From: Octopus sinensis
Taxonomy: Eukaryota
Assembly: GCF_006345805.1 (NCBI RefSeq)
Contig: NC_043000.1
Location: 130,820,001 to 130,884,000 of the forward strand
DNA: 64,000 bases
Direction: 5' to 3'
Shown here: one piece after another, positions 14,139-27,610 of the stretch
Position numbering within the stretch: the first letter of the stretch is position 1
Layout: each line of letters begins with the position of its first letter
The notes under the pieces: generated by a model
What the model was told of the DNA's origin: nothing
Databases searched by the model: none
The model's input: the letters and a program-made list of their open reading frames with translations, nothing else
Program-made: the position numbers and the translations under genes

Positions 14139-14584
14139 TGTTGTTGTTGTAGTTGTAGTAGTAGCAGCAGCAGCAGCCCCAGCGGCAGTAGTAGTAGCAG
14201 TAGTAGTAGTAGGTGTTGTTCTTGTTGTTATGGTTGTTGCAGTTGCTCTTCTTCTTCTTTTGCCTTCTTCCTCTTCTTCTTGTATATAAATTTCTGTGAG
14301 TGTAAGATATTGGCTCTGCACATGGGGGTGCACTGCGCTCTTCGTCTTAGGCTTCACAATACTTTTCAGAAAACGGAAGATACTTCTGTATGCCTCAGGA
14401 ATGATTAACCCAATGATAAGTAAATCATCCACTGCCTTGTGTAATAGTGCATACATGTGCGTCTGTACATGGTACATACACACACACATATATATATACG
14501 CGTGTATGTGTATATATATATATATGTAAATGCATATATATACATGCTTATATATAAGCATGTGTGCCTAAGTGTATATATACA

Positions 14585-14661
<77 letters not shown>

Positions 14662-14720
14662 CATACATACATATACATATATATGTACGTATGTATGTCC
14701 TATGTATATGTATATGTGTG

Positions 14721-14751
<31 letters not shown>

Positions 14752-14801
14752 TGTGTGTACATATATACATACAGATATATATTCATGCATATAACACACA
14801 G

Positions 14802-14847
<46 letters not shown>

Positions 14848-15060
14848 CAAGTTATAGAACAACAAAGACGAAGACAAGGAACAAGTAAGTGTATTACTTT
14901 AGACGCTTCTGTGTGCATGTATGTATGTATGTATGTATGTATACGCATCTATATTTATATATATATATATATTATAATATATATATATATTATATATATA
15001 TAAACGTATTTATGCTCAGACATATACAGAAACACACGCATGCAAACACAGATTCATACA
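12580..15060. repeat. Microsatellite-dominated block ((TA), (CA), (TATG), (TAG/TTG/CAG) at 14075-14280)
   Basis: Seen directly; includes short unique islands. Confidence 0.9.
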
Positions 15061-15769
15061 TGTATGCATACATCGCTCTTTACATCGAGATAAGGGGCCG
15101 AAAACTTGCTGATCACTATCGGAAGCATATTCGAAGTTTACTACTGTATATGCCACGTCATACTGTTGTCACTCAGTTTAACAATAGAGGCCGTTCCATC
15201 TCTCACTTACCAGTGTAAGACTATGCCATACCCCATATATCTACGCTCTCAAGGGAACGGAGGGAAAAACGTTTCATCTTTGAACTTGGCACCATATTTT
15301 TACTTCTACTCCTAAACTTCTTCTCAGTTCATTCAACCCTTTCTTATCCTTCAACTCCCTTCTCTCTCTCTCTCACGACTTTACCTGCTTCTTCTCACTT
15401 CAGTACTCTTTCCTTCTTCCTTCTCACATTGCTTCTCCTGCCACTTCTTGTTCACATATGAAAGATTACGTGGTCCTGATCCATTACAGTTGCAACTAGT
15501 TTTATTTATCGAGAGATGTAAAGGCGTTTTCAAGAGACGCTATGCAAATCACTTATCTTCTTTCTGCACTTCGAGAAAGTAAAGTCACTAAGTTAGCTAG
15601 CCGCATATGGGATTTGAAGACCAACTACATTGCACAAAATATCAAGCGGAAATTCATAGAGAAATCTATAACATATATTAATTGATGTAAAAAATGCAAC
15701 TTATGCGTAGCTGAAAGATGACATTCGTTTTAGACCTAAGAATTCCATTACACTACTGAATTCTAGAAC

Positions 15770-15970
15770 CGAAATTTTCAGCAAATGCAAACATATGGAC
15801 AAGTTTCTTTTGACAAACTGGAGGAAACCACCCTCTCCGGAAGGAGCAGCTGTCTTGCAGAATTTGGACCGCCCTCCCTGAAATATAGTACAACTAGCAT
15901 AATGATATCTTTACGATAGAAGGGGTCATAACTCTAATATTCTTTCTTTTCTTTTACCGTTTTTATCCAT
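15770..15970 (-). CDS. Candidate first two coding exons (15958-15970 and 15770-15877) with an 80-bp GT-AG intron
   Basis: ATG GAT AAA AAC G|GTAAAA...TATATTTCAG|GG AGG...; splices in frame to MDKNGRAVQILQDSCSFRRGWFPPVCQKKLVHMFAFAENF. The downstream donor (GTTCTA) is weak. Confidence 0.2.
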
Positions 15971-16269
15971 GCATCCACTTTTTGCAGCTACGTCCTTCAC
16001 GTTTTCTTTCCCGTGATTTCTCTTGTACCAGCGTCGTTATATACACATTCAATATACCACGTGCTCGGAACCCGGAAATTGCTTGGAGACAATCGGCGTG
16101 TTATAAAAATTTGCCTAGACCCACTTTTCCAGCAAGAAACTATTATTAGCTCGTATCTTTATACTGTCTACATGTAAATATGTTCGTGCGTGTATTCTTT
16201 TATTCTTTTATACGTTTCAGTACAAACGCTCTGACCATACTCCAATACTGGCAGTATCATCATCTTTTC

Positions 16270-16500
16270 GATGGCCCATTCTTAAGAGGTTAATTTTTGG
16301 TTAAGGAAGGAGTTTGATATTGCTGCCCTCTTTTGAGCTTCTTATCGTGATGTAAGTTCATCCAGGTTGTTGGACAGTAGAAGGTCAAGGTGCTTCTTGA
16401 AAACATCTACCCCTATTCCATACAGATCCAACTACATTTTTAGTATATACTGATCTATATCTCGGAGTGTGCTTCTTCTATCGGATTTATTTTTCTACAG
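16270..16500 (-). mobile_element. CR1-like LINE 3' end remnant
   Basis: Translates to LYGIGVDVFKKHLDLLLS...QKRAAISNSFLNQK, typical of the CR1-type ORF2 C-terminus. Confidence 0.65.
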
Positions 16501-16522
16501 ACGATAAATATATATGTATATA

Positions 16523-16926
16523 CTAGCAGTATATCCCAGCGTTGCCCGGGATCAAGTTAAGATTATTAAGGGATCAAGCGCTTTAATTCAAACCAAAATA
16601 AGTTACACCGACATCAAATTTGAGCGAAATCCGTTGAAATTCGTAAACATTTGGCTGAAAATGGGTTGCAAGCAATTTGATTGGGAAATCCCATAAGGAA
16701 TCGGTTTATCGATTATTTCCACTCATCGACTGTTTTCTTTTTTTTTTTTTTGAGAACTTAAAGCATTCAAAGATCCCATGAGTCCTAAGTAATGCTGGCA
16801 TTATGTTTGAACAAAATATGTCAAAATTGGTAAAAAAAATTTGGTTGAAAATGGGGTGTAGTCAATTTTAGTGGGAAATCCTATAAGGAATCGGTTTATC
16901 AATTTTTATCCTGATTGAATAGAAAC
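16523..16926 (-). mobile_element. Non-autonomous Helitron 3' part, running into the gap
   Basis: Reverse complement ends CCCGGGCAACGCTGGGATATACTGCTAG followed by T; has an internal ~65-bp repeat. Confidence 0.75.
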
Positions 16927-17026
16927 NNNNNNNNNNNNNNNNNNNNNNNNNNNNNNNNNNNNNNNNNNNNNNNNNNNNNNNNNNNNNNNNNNNNNNNNNN
17001 NNNNNNNNNNNNNNNNNNNNNNNNNN
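16927..17026. other. Assembly gap (100 N)
   Basis: Run of N. Confidence 1.
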
Positions 17027-17290
17027 CCCTTTCGTGTCACGTCATCTGCAATATTCATCAATTCGTGTACAGATCGGCTAATTCTCGGAGTATCAATCAT
17101 TGTCTAGTTTAACACCAAACACTGGTTTTAGATATCTCCAAGATACTCCCTTCTGTTGTTGCAAGCATTCAGATCATGTCACAAAGGGTAACTTGTAGAA
17201 GTTATCTTCGTGTCTGGGATTCGGTTTGTGTTTTTGCAACACTAGTCTCGGAGATATTGTAATAGGAATGCGAGCACTTTTGCGATTCTT
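17027..17290 (-). mobile_element. Possible LINE RT remnant
   Basis: TEGSIL...MIDTP...MNIADD resembles the RT QGSxL and YADD motifs; same strand as the CR1 tail beyond the gap. Confidence 0.35.
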
Positions 17291-17751
17291 TTATCTACGC
17301 TATAATTTTAAAAAAATCAAAAGAAAATATAATCGTAAATGGAAAATATAGTTAGTGGTAATAAACGTCAGACTAAAACGCCTTAAACACTGTGCTTTGA
17401 ATTTAAATCCTACCAGAGGCGACTTTAATTTTCATAGCGACTATCGTATTACTTCTGATTTTCTTCAGTACTTCTCTCAACAATTATATACTAACATGCA
17501 TTTCAAAAACATTAGCCTGGAAGCATTGCCAGATATAGAATTTTACACATCTACTGCTGATGTGTAGAATTGTGGAACCAAGCTAGTGATAATTCTTGAA
17601 TTTTAATCCGTTAAATGCTTCTTTGTTGTATTTGAATATTCTATTTAAATTTTGTAAATGATTGTATAAACGTAAGAAAATATTAGTTGAAAGAAACAAT
17701 TTCTGTGAAAAGACTATACAAGATGCACTTGCTTTATATAATGGTTTCAAA

Positions 17752-17840
17752 TTTTGGCACAGGGCCTGCAAGTTCGAGGGAGGGACTAAATCTGTTACAC
17801 CGACCCCAGTGATCAACTGGTACTTATTTTATCGACCTAA
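17752..17840 (-). mobile_element. SINE-B 3' fragment (tail variant 1)
   Basis: CCGACCCCAGTGATCAACTGGTACTTATTTTATCGACC. Confidence 0.6.
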
Positions 17841-18134
17841 TTGCATTATAGGTTCATATTTGAGTGTGAATGTAAATATATTTTATCTTTCACTTGTCTC
17901 AGCCATGAGGCTGCGGTCCGGTCATATAGGGGCACAGTTTCGAAGTCTTACAGCCAAAGAAATTACAATGGGACACAACTTTGAAATCTTATAACCCAAG
18001 AAATCTACCCTAGTACTTATTTTTAAGCATAGGACTTTTATCGGTCACTTTTGCCAACAGCTAAGTTATGGAGATGTAAACAAACCAATATCGGTTGCCA
18101 GGCGGTAGGGGTGGAGAAACAGCGTAGAAACACA

Positions 18135-18175
18135 ACGATATACATGCATATATACATGCATATATATATATAGCC

Positions 18176-18243
<68 letters not shown>

Positions 18244-18566
18244 GCATACATACATGCAAACATACATACATACATGCATACATACATACATACATACATA
18301 CATACATACATACATACATACATACATACATACATACATACATACATACATACATACATGCATGTTTGATGTTATAGGAAATTGTATATAATAGCAAATT
18401 AATAGTAAACTCAAGGATTACTCAATGCTTATTAAAACAGTAAATAGTTATTTATTTTTACGAGAAAAATGTTGATAGTCGCCTACCTCACCGTTAGCAG
18501 TCGGTCTGCTGGCGGCAAGAAAGCCGAAAGTTCGAAAATGACTGTTGGGTTCTGCTTTGTAAAAGA

Positions 18567-18637
<71 letters not shown>

Positions 18638-18660
18638 GCGTGTGTGTTAGCGCGCTCGCA
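18135..18660. repeat. (GATA)n, (CATA)n and (GT)n microsatellites
   Basis: Seen directly. Confidence 0.9.
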
Positions 18661-20094
18661 TATAAACTGCTCCCGTTCAGTTTGGCTCAATGCAGTAAAA
18701 CCTTGTCTCCTTTATTGTATATATAACAAAAATGTTTGTGTTTGCTTGCAAAAATAAAAATTTGCTATATGTAGATGGGGAGTAATAGATAAATGATTAG
18801 ATAAATGATTACTACTATATGTTATGTTTTCTAATATTTCAATTGTAGTAATGTTTATTCTGCACTAAATCGATGTTATTTGGCACCCACGGTGTTTATC
18901 AAAGTGTTAAAATGTTAAGTTTATCAGTCAGATCTGTATTTGTCTAAATTTGTGTTTGTCATTTTCTAGGTTTTAGAGATATCGTGATAATCTATGATAG
19001 TTTCAATTATACAAGTGGTAAACTTAGCAATTCATTTAAATGTCTTTATTGTTATTTTATTTTATATTTTAACTTTTGTTCTTGATTTTATAATTTGTTT
19101 ATTTAGGGGTTTTGTATCTTTTGCAGTTGCTTTTTTTAATTTCTAGTCGTTTTTTATCATCGGTTTTTTTTTCAAAGATTTTATGAGCAGTCTTCTATAC
19201 AGATTTTGTTTTACAAATGAGGCAAAGATTCTTCCTAAGATTTTTGAAACTGATGTAAATTTTAACCAATTTATATCATGTTTCCGTTTTAGTTTTTTTC
19301 GATGTAATTTACTTTTTTCTTTAGTTTATTTTTGTCACGTATGATTATATTTCTTTATTTGAATAATTATATATTTATTGTCTGGTTTCATTACGCAGCC
19401 TACTATCAATTACGTCTGCTCTGAGTAGTGTACAGTTTTATAGTTTTGTCGTTTGTTTTTATATATATCATCAAGGACGTCTGCTGCATATCTTTGCATT
19501 TTCAAAGGTTACATATTTCCTATATGTTGAATAGGTTTGAAAGTACTATTTTGGGCGGGTTGTTTTTTAAGTTTCGCTACGTATTTGATGCATTATTTCA
19601 ATTATTTTCAAGACATCTATTATTATTATTGTATGTATCGTTTGTGTCATCTTTATCTTCTCATTCTGGTTATCTCTATTTCCACATCTTTATATTTCGG
19701 TATTTTCTTCATTCTTTTAGATTTAAACAATTGTATTAGGGTACATATTTCAATGAGACGACACATCGTTTCATAATGGTGCTTGATATCAATATCCGTT
19801 TGATTTCCTTAACTTCACTGCCTTGTGTAAGTTGACATATTCTATGGTCACTATCAGTCTCTGAGAACATATTTGATGTATGTTTATGCAGCGTCTTTTC
19901 TGATGGTGTTTCATAATTTTCAACGTGTAAAAGCTGAAATTATGCCATGTCTGTATATTTAAAACTGCGCAACTAAAAGTGAAGTAAATAAGTTTCTCAC
20001 TTATATTCTTTATGTATATTACTAGTCTCAGCTCCAGAGCTGAGGCCATGCTGAGGCACTGCTGTTAGCTTTGCTACACTTTCACTACTTGAAA

Positions 20095-20560
20095 CCTCCT
20101 CTGTGAATGTGGCATTTGGTGACTGAGGGAGTTCGATGCATTTGCCCTCATTTGCGTTTTATGCTGCGAGGTAGACTAGGAGATCCAGTTTGAATTTCTA
20201 GACACCGATATCCACTACATGTAGGCCTTTCTTTCCAGATACATATCACAGCATATCTGTCCCGCCTTCGTTCTTCGGAGGAGAATCTTAACACTTTTTT
20301 TTTTGCCTATATTCTGCTTCGTTATATGCGTTTCTTGGATTCTGTAGGAGAGATTTTAGTCTTGTTCTGCCATCAAAAAACATTTGTTCTCCGGTTTGAC
20401 TGTTAAACATTTCAATCAGTGCTGAAGTATTTCTATGTTACTAATTCCTTTGTACAATATTCGCAGGTATAATCTGAATAGGAGCCGTTTTAATTTGGCG
20501 ATCTCTGACTCCATTTTCAGATTAGTTTTTCGTTTCTTATCAATTTCAGTTTTTTTTTCT
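20095..20560 (-). mobile_element. Decayed CR1-like LINE 3' region
   Basis: LRFSSEERRRDRYAVICIWK (cf. LYSLQRRRERYxIIYxWK), followed by a KFKLDL-like terminal segment. Confidence 0.55.
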
Positions 20561-20708
20561 CATAATGTTCTCTTAACTCGGCATGTGTTTTATATTTGTT
20601 GGCTTTTTATAAACCGTAATAATTTCCTACGTAATGGGTCGGTAGACACGTAATAGCTTTTAAGTTAAAAGCTATTATAAATATGTGTGTGTGTTCATAT
20701 ATATATAT

Positions 20709-20834
<126 letters not shown>

Positions 20835-20835
20835 G

Positions 20836-20930
20836 GTGGAGGCACATGGCCAAATGGCTAGAGCAGCGGACTAGCGGTCGAGGGATCGTGGGTTCGAATC
20901 TCAGACCGGACGATGTGTGTGTTTATGAGA
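20836..20930 (+). mobile_element. SINE-C head only, ending in (AAG)n
   Basis: GGAGGCACATGGCC...GGTTCGAATC. Confidence 0.75.
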
Positions 20931-21014
20931 GAAGAAGAAGAAGAAGAAGAAGAAGAAGAAGAAGAAGAAGAAGACATTTAGATACCTCAACATTCTTGAA
21001 CTCTAATCTTCATC

Positions 21015-21066
<52 letters not shown>

Positions 21067-21806
21067 TAGTTTCATTCATTATATTTCTATCTGTCTTCTT
21101 TCTCTCCTTTCTTTCGTAACTCACCTGCACTAAATCTACATATTTGCAAAATATAAGACAAAGCTTCATAAATATCTTCTTCAAGTGAGCATATATCTAT
21201 TAACGAAATTTAAGTTTTGCTTTGGTAAGCTTGTCTTTACTACACAACTACTCAATCATTGTTTACATGATAAATTAATCCTTAAATGTCTCCTTAGACT
21301 ATTATATTCTCTTTATCACTTCCTCTCTTATTTAAAAATGTCAAATTGCCCTTATGAATCTTATTTCTGACTTTTTTTTCCTCTTCGTCTATAATTCATC
21401 ATTTTATATTTTTTTCTAATTTGACCATTATAGATCTGGTTGACTACCATATTAGGAATTTATTAAATATGCAATAGCCGTCGTTACACCTACAACTTTT
21501 CCCATTTATGTATTCCAACCAGCAGAATATTCCAAAAATTAATCATTGTCTGAAAATATCTCCCTCTTGAAATATATTGCAATTCATAGCAACCAGATTA
21601 AAATCAATACCAATTGCCAGTGCCTTCACACGTTGAATTCTGTATTTCTATAGTTACTTCTTCATAAACTAACAATACATACATATATATGCATATGTAT
21701 GCTTATAATAATACCCAATACACACACACAAACACACACACACACTCATATATATATATATACATAATGCATACATACATATATGCATACATGTTCACAC
21801 ATACAT

Positions 21807-21839
<33 letters not shown>

Positions 21840-22174
21840 AACATGCATACCTATATAAATACTTATATCGATATAATAGGTATATTATATATAAGGTATA
21901 AAGCATATACATCATATATATTATATATATATCACATAAATGCAATATATATAATTAATATTTTAATGTATATATATGCGTGTACATGTGTGTGTGCGTA
22001 ATATATATATATGTATGTATACATATATGTATGTATGTATATATGTACATATATATATATATATATAATAGATAGATAGATAGATAGATATACATATAAA
22101 TCATATTTAAATGAAGTATGCATTTCCATGCAATATATGTGTGTAATAATATGTTCTTATATTTATGTATAGAT

Positions 22175-22246
<72 letters not shown>

Positions 22247-22775
22247 CCATCCATCCTTCCCATTTATAACGTCATAGCATTGTAATGCTAACACCAGAGG
22301 GGAGAAAATAGAGCACATATATAATCAAACACATTACAATCATTATTTGATGTTTGAAAATCGTCCTGAAATGTTACTTATTCAATTTTCCTGTTTCTAT
22401 ATTCTGGTTTCTGGGTGAGGTGGTTACTGTTTTCTTCTCGTTCAAATTTCTCTGATAAAATTTTACGAATTAGTCACCATTTAGTTTTGAAATACGGGTT
22501 TCAAATTTTTCTGGTATTGAATTTCTGCATTTTCATTGTGAGATCAACAGAAATTTATATATTTATATCAAGTATATAAAAATTAATGTAAAATGTAAAA
22601 TTAATCTAATCAATATCATTCCTAATGTGTTCTATGAATACACCCTTATAAATCATTAAGAAATATATTTGAGTACATGCGTGCGTGTTTGTAGGTGTGA
22701 ATATTGCGTCCATTTATACATATCTCTATTATACATACATTACACATACATATGCGTACATGTGTGTGTGTAAGT

Positions 22776-23085
22776 GTGAGGGCGCATGACTTAGTGGTTA
22801 AGGAGTTACACTCAGGAATGCGAGATCGTGGGTTCAATTCCCAGACCAGGTTATGTCCTTGAGCAAAGCAATTCATTTCACGTTGCTCTGCGATCATATT
22901 AACATCTGACATGTAGCATCCGTTGCACCTGTACAGGTAAGTGAGTGAACTTATGTCTACACAAACATAGACGGAGTAAGTGAATTTATGTATACACAAA
23001 CATTTGATCACTATAAACAAAGCATTTGTGGGTAGTTCGGTAAGAAATTATCGAACCGTCATATGTCATCTACGACAGGAGAGAC
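22776..23085 (+). mobile_element. SINE-D-like tRNA-headed SINE
   Basis: GGCGCATGACTTAGTGG...GGTTCAATTCCC, then CCTTGAGCAAAGCA...TTTCACGTTGCTC as in 39764 and 43284. Confidence 0.7.
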
Positions 23086-23289
23086 CCTCAAATGCATATA
23101 CATATGTTTAAGGCTTCACTTCTGCACACGCTAGCTTAATTTAATTCGTCGTTAGTCGAAAGAAACCAATTGTTGATGTCCTGTTGTTTGTATTTGTACT
23201 TGTGTATCATTTCTCAGTTTTCTCCCCGTCCGTGTTTTAGTATACATTGGTTTGCTTTCTTCCAAAGAATCTAGTGCTCTTAGCTTAAA

Positions 23290-23483
23290 TTTTCTTGGGG
23301 CGGCCAGTTTAGAGCAGTCGTGAGATTAACCGGCCGAAACTGCAAAGATGATCTGTTTCTCGATTGATGACTGAAAGCTTCGAATGACCCGTCCTTGTTT
23401 TTTCCTGTTCTTTTTTGTATCGTCTAACTGTCCGAATGTTTTGTTGTCGTCTGTTACGTTCTTGTTCCATTTTTTTTGTTTTG

Positions 23484-23485
<2 letters not shown>
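23290..23485 (+). repeat. Unclassified interspersed repeat (inverted relative at 43640-43805)
   Basis: Shared TGCAAAGAT...CGAATGACCCGTCCTTGTTTTT...GTATCGTCTA...GTTCTTGTTCCATTTT. Confidence 0.7.
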
Positions 23486-23511
<26 letters not shown>

Positions 23512-23514
<3 letters not shown>

Positions 23515-23696
23515 TTCTTTATTACCCACATGGGGCTAAACATAGAGGGGACCGCCGAGGTCGACTTTGCCTTTCATCCTTTCGAGGTCGATAAATTAAG
23601 TACCAGTTAAGCACTGGGGTCGATGTAATCGACTTAATTCGTTTGTCTGTCCTTGTTTGTCCCCCTCTATGTTTAGCCCCTTGTGGGTAGTAAAGA

Positions 23697-23700
<4 letters not shown>
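23512..23700. mobile_element. SINE-B derivative with an inverted copy of its own tail at the 5' end, inside (TA)n
   Basis: The left ~41 bp is the reverse complement of the right ~42 bp, with about 3 differences. Confidence 0.85.
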
Positions 23701-23748
<48 letters not shown>

Positions 23749-24237
23749 CATATACATCTATATGTACTCTAAGAAAGAGTACAGATTAATCAAGCTGTAG
23801 GCTTCCTTCTAAATCTGCTTGGCTTGAAAAACTTTTAAAACAATGTTTTGTTAGATCGTCCTGACAGATTCGTTAAAATTTTTTTGTCTCTATATACATG
23901 ACTTTGAAAAATCAATCAAAATTAACTTGATAGCAAGAATTAAATTCAGAAAAAGAAGTCAGCTTAACAAAAGTTCCTTTTCTACTACTGTTCTACACCT
24001 GTTGGCATGGTAAACATAGCTCAAGGTGTGATTTTATATGAAGAAAAGATTAATGATCTTTCACTACGGTATTAGCCTCCTTAACCAATGGTTCACAATT
24101 GCTATGGCCAAACGATACGAATGAAGTTCGCTGTGAGTCATATACAGCTGGAGAGTAATACGTTGTGGTTTGGGCTTAAGTTTGGGTTTCTTATTGCGCA
24201 ACAATATCGTCCAATTTTATTCCCCATCCAGTAGTGA

Positions 24238-24460
24238 CTCTCTTTACTCTCTCTTTTACTCTTTTACTTGTTTCGGTCATTTGACTGCGGCCATGCTGGA
24301 GCACCGCCTTTAGTCGAGCAAATCGACCCCGGGACTTATTCTTTTGTAAGCCCAGTACTTATTCTATCGGTCTCTTTTGCCGAACCGCTAGGTGACGGGG
24401 ACGTAAACACACCAGCATCGGTTGTCAAGCAATGCTAGGGGGACAAACACAGACACACAA

Positions 24461-24491
<31 letters not shown>

Positions 24492-24653
24492 CATATATAC
24501 GACAGGCTTCTTTCAGTTTCCGTCTACCAAATCCACTCACAAGGCATTGGTCGTCCCGGGGCTATAGCAGAAGACACTTGCCCAAGATGCCACGCAGTGG
24601 GACTGAACCCGGAACCATGTGGTTGGTTAGCAAGCTACTTACCACACAGCCAC
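24238..24653 (-). mobile_element. SINE-A, young subfamily
   Basis: Near-identical to 3351-3766. Confidence 0.95.
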
Positions 24654-25352
24654 TAGATATCTTCTTTGTTGAAGTTACAGCATTTTATTCACTGTCTCCA
24701 TTACCTGTTGATATTGTTCAAACAGAAATATTCTGTACTTTACTACACCATTTTGAATTTGAAGCGATACGTTCCACTCAGTACATCTAACGAGCAATGA
24801 AGTTAATAGCGGAGAGAGAGAGAGAAGGAAAAGAGAGTCTGTTAATAAACGAATGAGTACAAATTTATTAAATTTTCAATGACTATCTATTTTCAGTAAA
24901 TATATTTGAATAATTTTAATTTAAAATCATTCCAAATATTAATTGAATCTAAACTGATAATTTAAAAACTGATAAACAAGCTCTAACAGCAAAAACAATG
25001 CGGATAAAAATCTAATGAAAAAAAAAGTGATCAAAGCTGTAACACAATTAACCATGAACATCATGTATAGGATATATGTAACCACACGTATTTTCCAAAG
25101 AAGCCCAGCATATCTAATACATATATGCGTGTGAGGGAGAGATAATGTATGTGTGTATCTGTGAATGTGCTTACATACTCTATAACTTGGTGTAGCAACA
25201 CTCATGGGGCATTATATTTCAACCTTGATCTGTTTCCCCGCTTTTATTAAAGATTTAAGCCCGTTACCTTCTTATCAGAGCCTGTTTACTAGCTTCGGAA
25301 TCATACCCAGAACCAGATAAAATTTGAATGCATACATGCTTATAAGTATGTA

Positions 25353-25419
<67 letters not shown>

Positions 25420-25454
25420 AAGAAAATTAATAAGAAAGGGTTGAAAATGCTATC

Positions 25455-25853
25455 TCTCTTTCTCTTTTCTCTTTTACTTGTTTCAGTCATTTGACTGCGG
25501 CCATGCTGGAGCACCGCATTTAGTCGAGCAAATCGACCCCGGGACTTATTCTTTGTAAGCCCAGTACTTATTCTATCGGTCTCTTTTGCCGAACCGCTAA
25601 GTGACGGGAACGTAAACACACCAGCATCGGTTGTCAAGCAATGCTAGGGGGACAAACACAGACACACACACATACATATATATACATATATACGACAGGC
25701 TTCTTTCAGTTTCCGTCTACCAAATCCACTCACAAGGCATTGTCGGCCCGGGCTATAGCAGAAGACACTTGCCCAAGATGCCACGCAGTGGGACTGAACC
25801 CGGAACCATGTGGTTGGTTAGCAAGCTACTTACCACACAGCCACTCCTGCGCC
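25455..25853 (-). mobile_element. SINE-A, young subfamily, with an 18-bp tandem duplication of the 5' end (25839-25874)
   Basis: AGCCACTCCTGCGCCTAT occurs twice in tandem. Confidence 0.95.
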
Positions 25854-27469
25854 TATAGCCACTCCTGCGCCTATAAATATCTTTTATATATTTAATTTTT
25901 TTATAGAATAAAATAAGTTATATTTTTCACATACTAGATAAACATACGATAGTTATACACTTATACGAAGTTAAAAAATATGAATCTTGTTTTCCAAGTG
26001 CTTTTTTACCTATCGTACAAGTTTGGTTTTACAGAAGAGAGTTTTTCCCAAAACTAATTTTATAAAAAGCGAAAATCACATTTTACAGTCTGATCTTACA
26101 AAAGACATTTTTTCAAAAAAATTAATTTTAACCAGAAAACAAAAATATAAGAGAAAAATCAAAAATCATATTTTACGGACCTGCTTGCGCTATTTTTCAG
26201 CTTATCAAAGTGTAAAGTTAACTCGCGATGGAATTTTTAACTTATGTAAAAATTGCATGTGGATTAAATTTCAAATAAAAATGACAAGGTATGTTACTGA
26301 TAGTTTGTGGGTTTCATGTAGCTTGTTTTGCTTTTATTATAAGGTTGTAAATACTGTTTATAATTTGCAAAAAGCCATATTTTGACCTGAGAGGAAGGTT
26401 GGTTATATGTTTATGTGGTATTTAAATGAAAGAAACAGATTTTTGTTTTAACAAAAAGTTTACTTTACCCAAAAAGAGTTTTTCATGGTTAGAAAAAAAA
26501 GAATTTATCCGTAATTTTTGAAAATATAGTCAGAGATATATTCTAACTAAATCTCAGTACACTTAGGTTCGGTTAGCATTTCCGATAAAGTATATGTCTT
26601 TACTGGTGCTGTTTCGTCGTTGAATCGCTACTCTGATAGAAGGGGAAGACTTAATAACTGATAAGAACCTTCCCCACAATTTTCATTATGTAGATTCAGG
26701 ATAATTTTTCTTATCTATGGTTTGCTTTCCTGATATGTTGGCAATGCGCTATCAATTTTTCTAAATGCCAAACCTCTTTGAAAAATATACCGCTGTATTG
26801 TATTGTAATTAGAAAATGATGGCCATCCACACTCGTGGCCGTTAAAGACCATCCACTGTGCTCAAATATGCTCATGGCGCACATACTTACTCCTTTACTT
26901 TTTGTTCTTATTGCTTATTATTTTACACCTTTTTACACATTTTTCTGTATTTTGCATTTAACCCTGTTTTTTCTTGTCCATGTGCGTATATAGACGTGTG
27001 TATGAACCTTTTTGGGGCGCGCGCACGCGCGCGTGTGTGTGTGCGAGCGTGTATTGTGGTATGTATATATCTTTTGGCGAATGTGTGGGTGAGCATGTGT
27101 GTGTTTCTAGTGAGGGTGGATGAGTATATAACTATATGCACATGTACGCGGGTGTGCGGGCGCACATGTGTATGTATGGACATGCACGCTTACGCGATTG
27201 CTATGAATATTTTTACTCCCTTACCTTTACTCCCTCCCCTTACTTAGCGGACATTCTAATAGCTCTTTTGTCTTAATAACGGTCAGTCAAACAGTAATTT
27301 CCCTTTGTTTAGCGGTCATTTTCATAGCATTTTTGTGATGGCCCGATAACTGAAGAGATGCCGGCGTAGGTTTCCACCCCGACATTCCAAACTCGGAGTT
27401 TTATCATGGCTACCGAATAATTGTCACATATTATATTTACAGATATATAATTATATATAGTTCAAAAGA

Positions 27470-27567
27470 CAGAAGGCAGACAGCCGAAGGACCGATTAAA
27501 AGGTGTATAAGTTTAACTAATACTCAGGAGAAATGGGAAAGTCTTTGACGTTTCGAGTCTACGCTCT

Positions 27568-27570
<3 letters not shown>
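27470..27570 (-). mobile_element. PLE pseudo-LTR-like fragment with a truncated hammerhead-like 3' half
   Basis: Reverse complement AGAGCGTAGACTCGAAACGTCAAAG; same family as 40930-41110. Confidence 0.55.
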
Positions 27571-27610
<40 letters not shown>

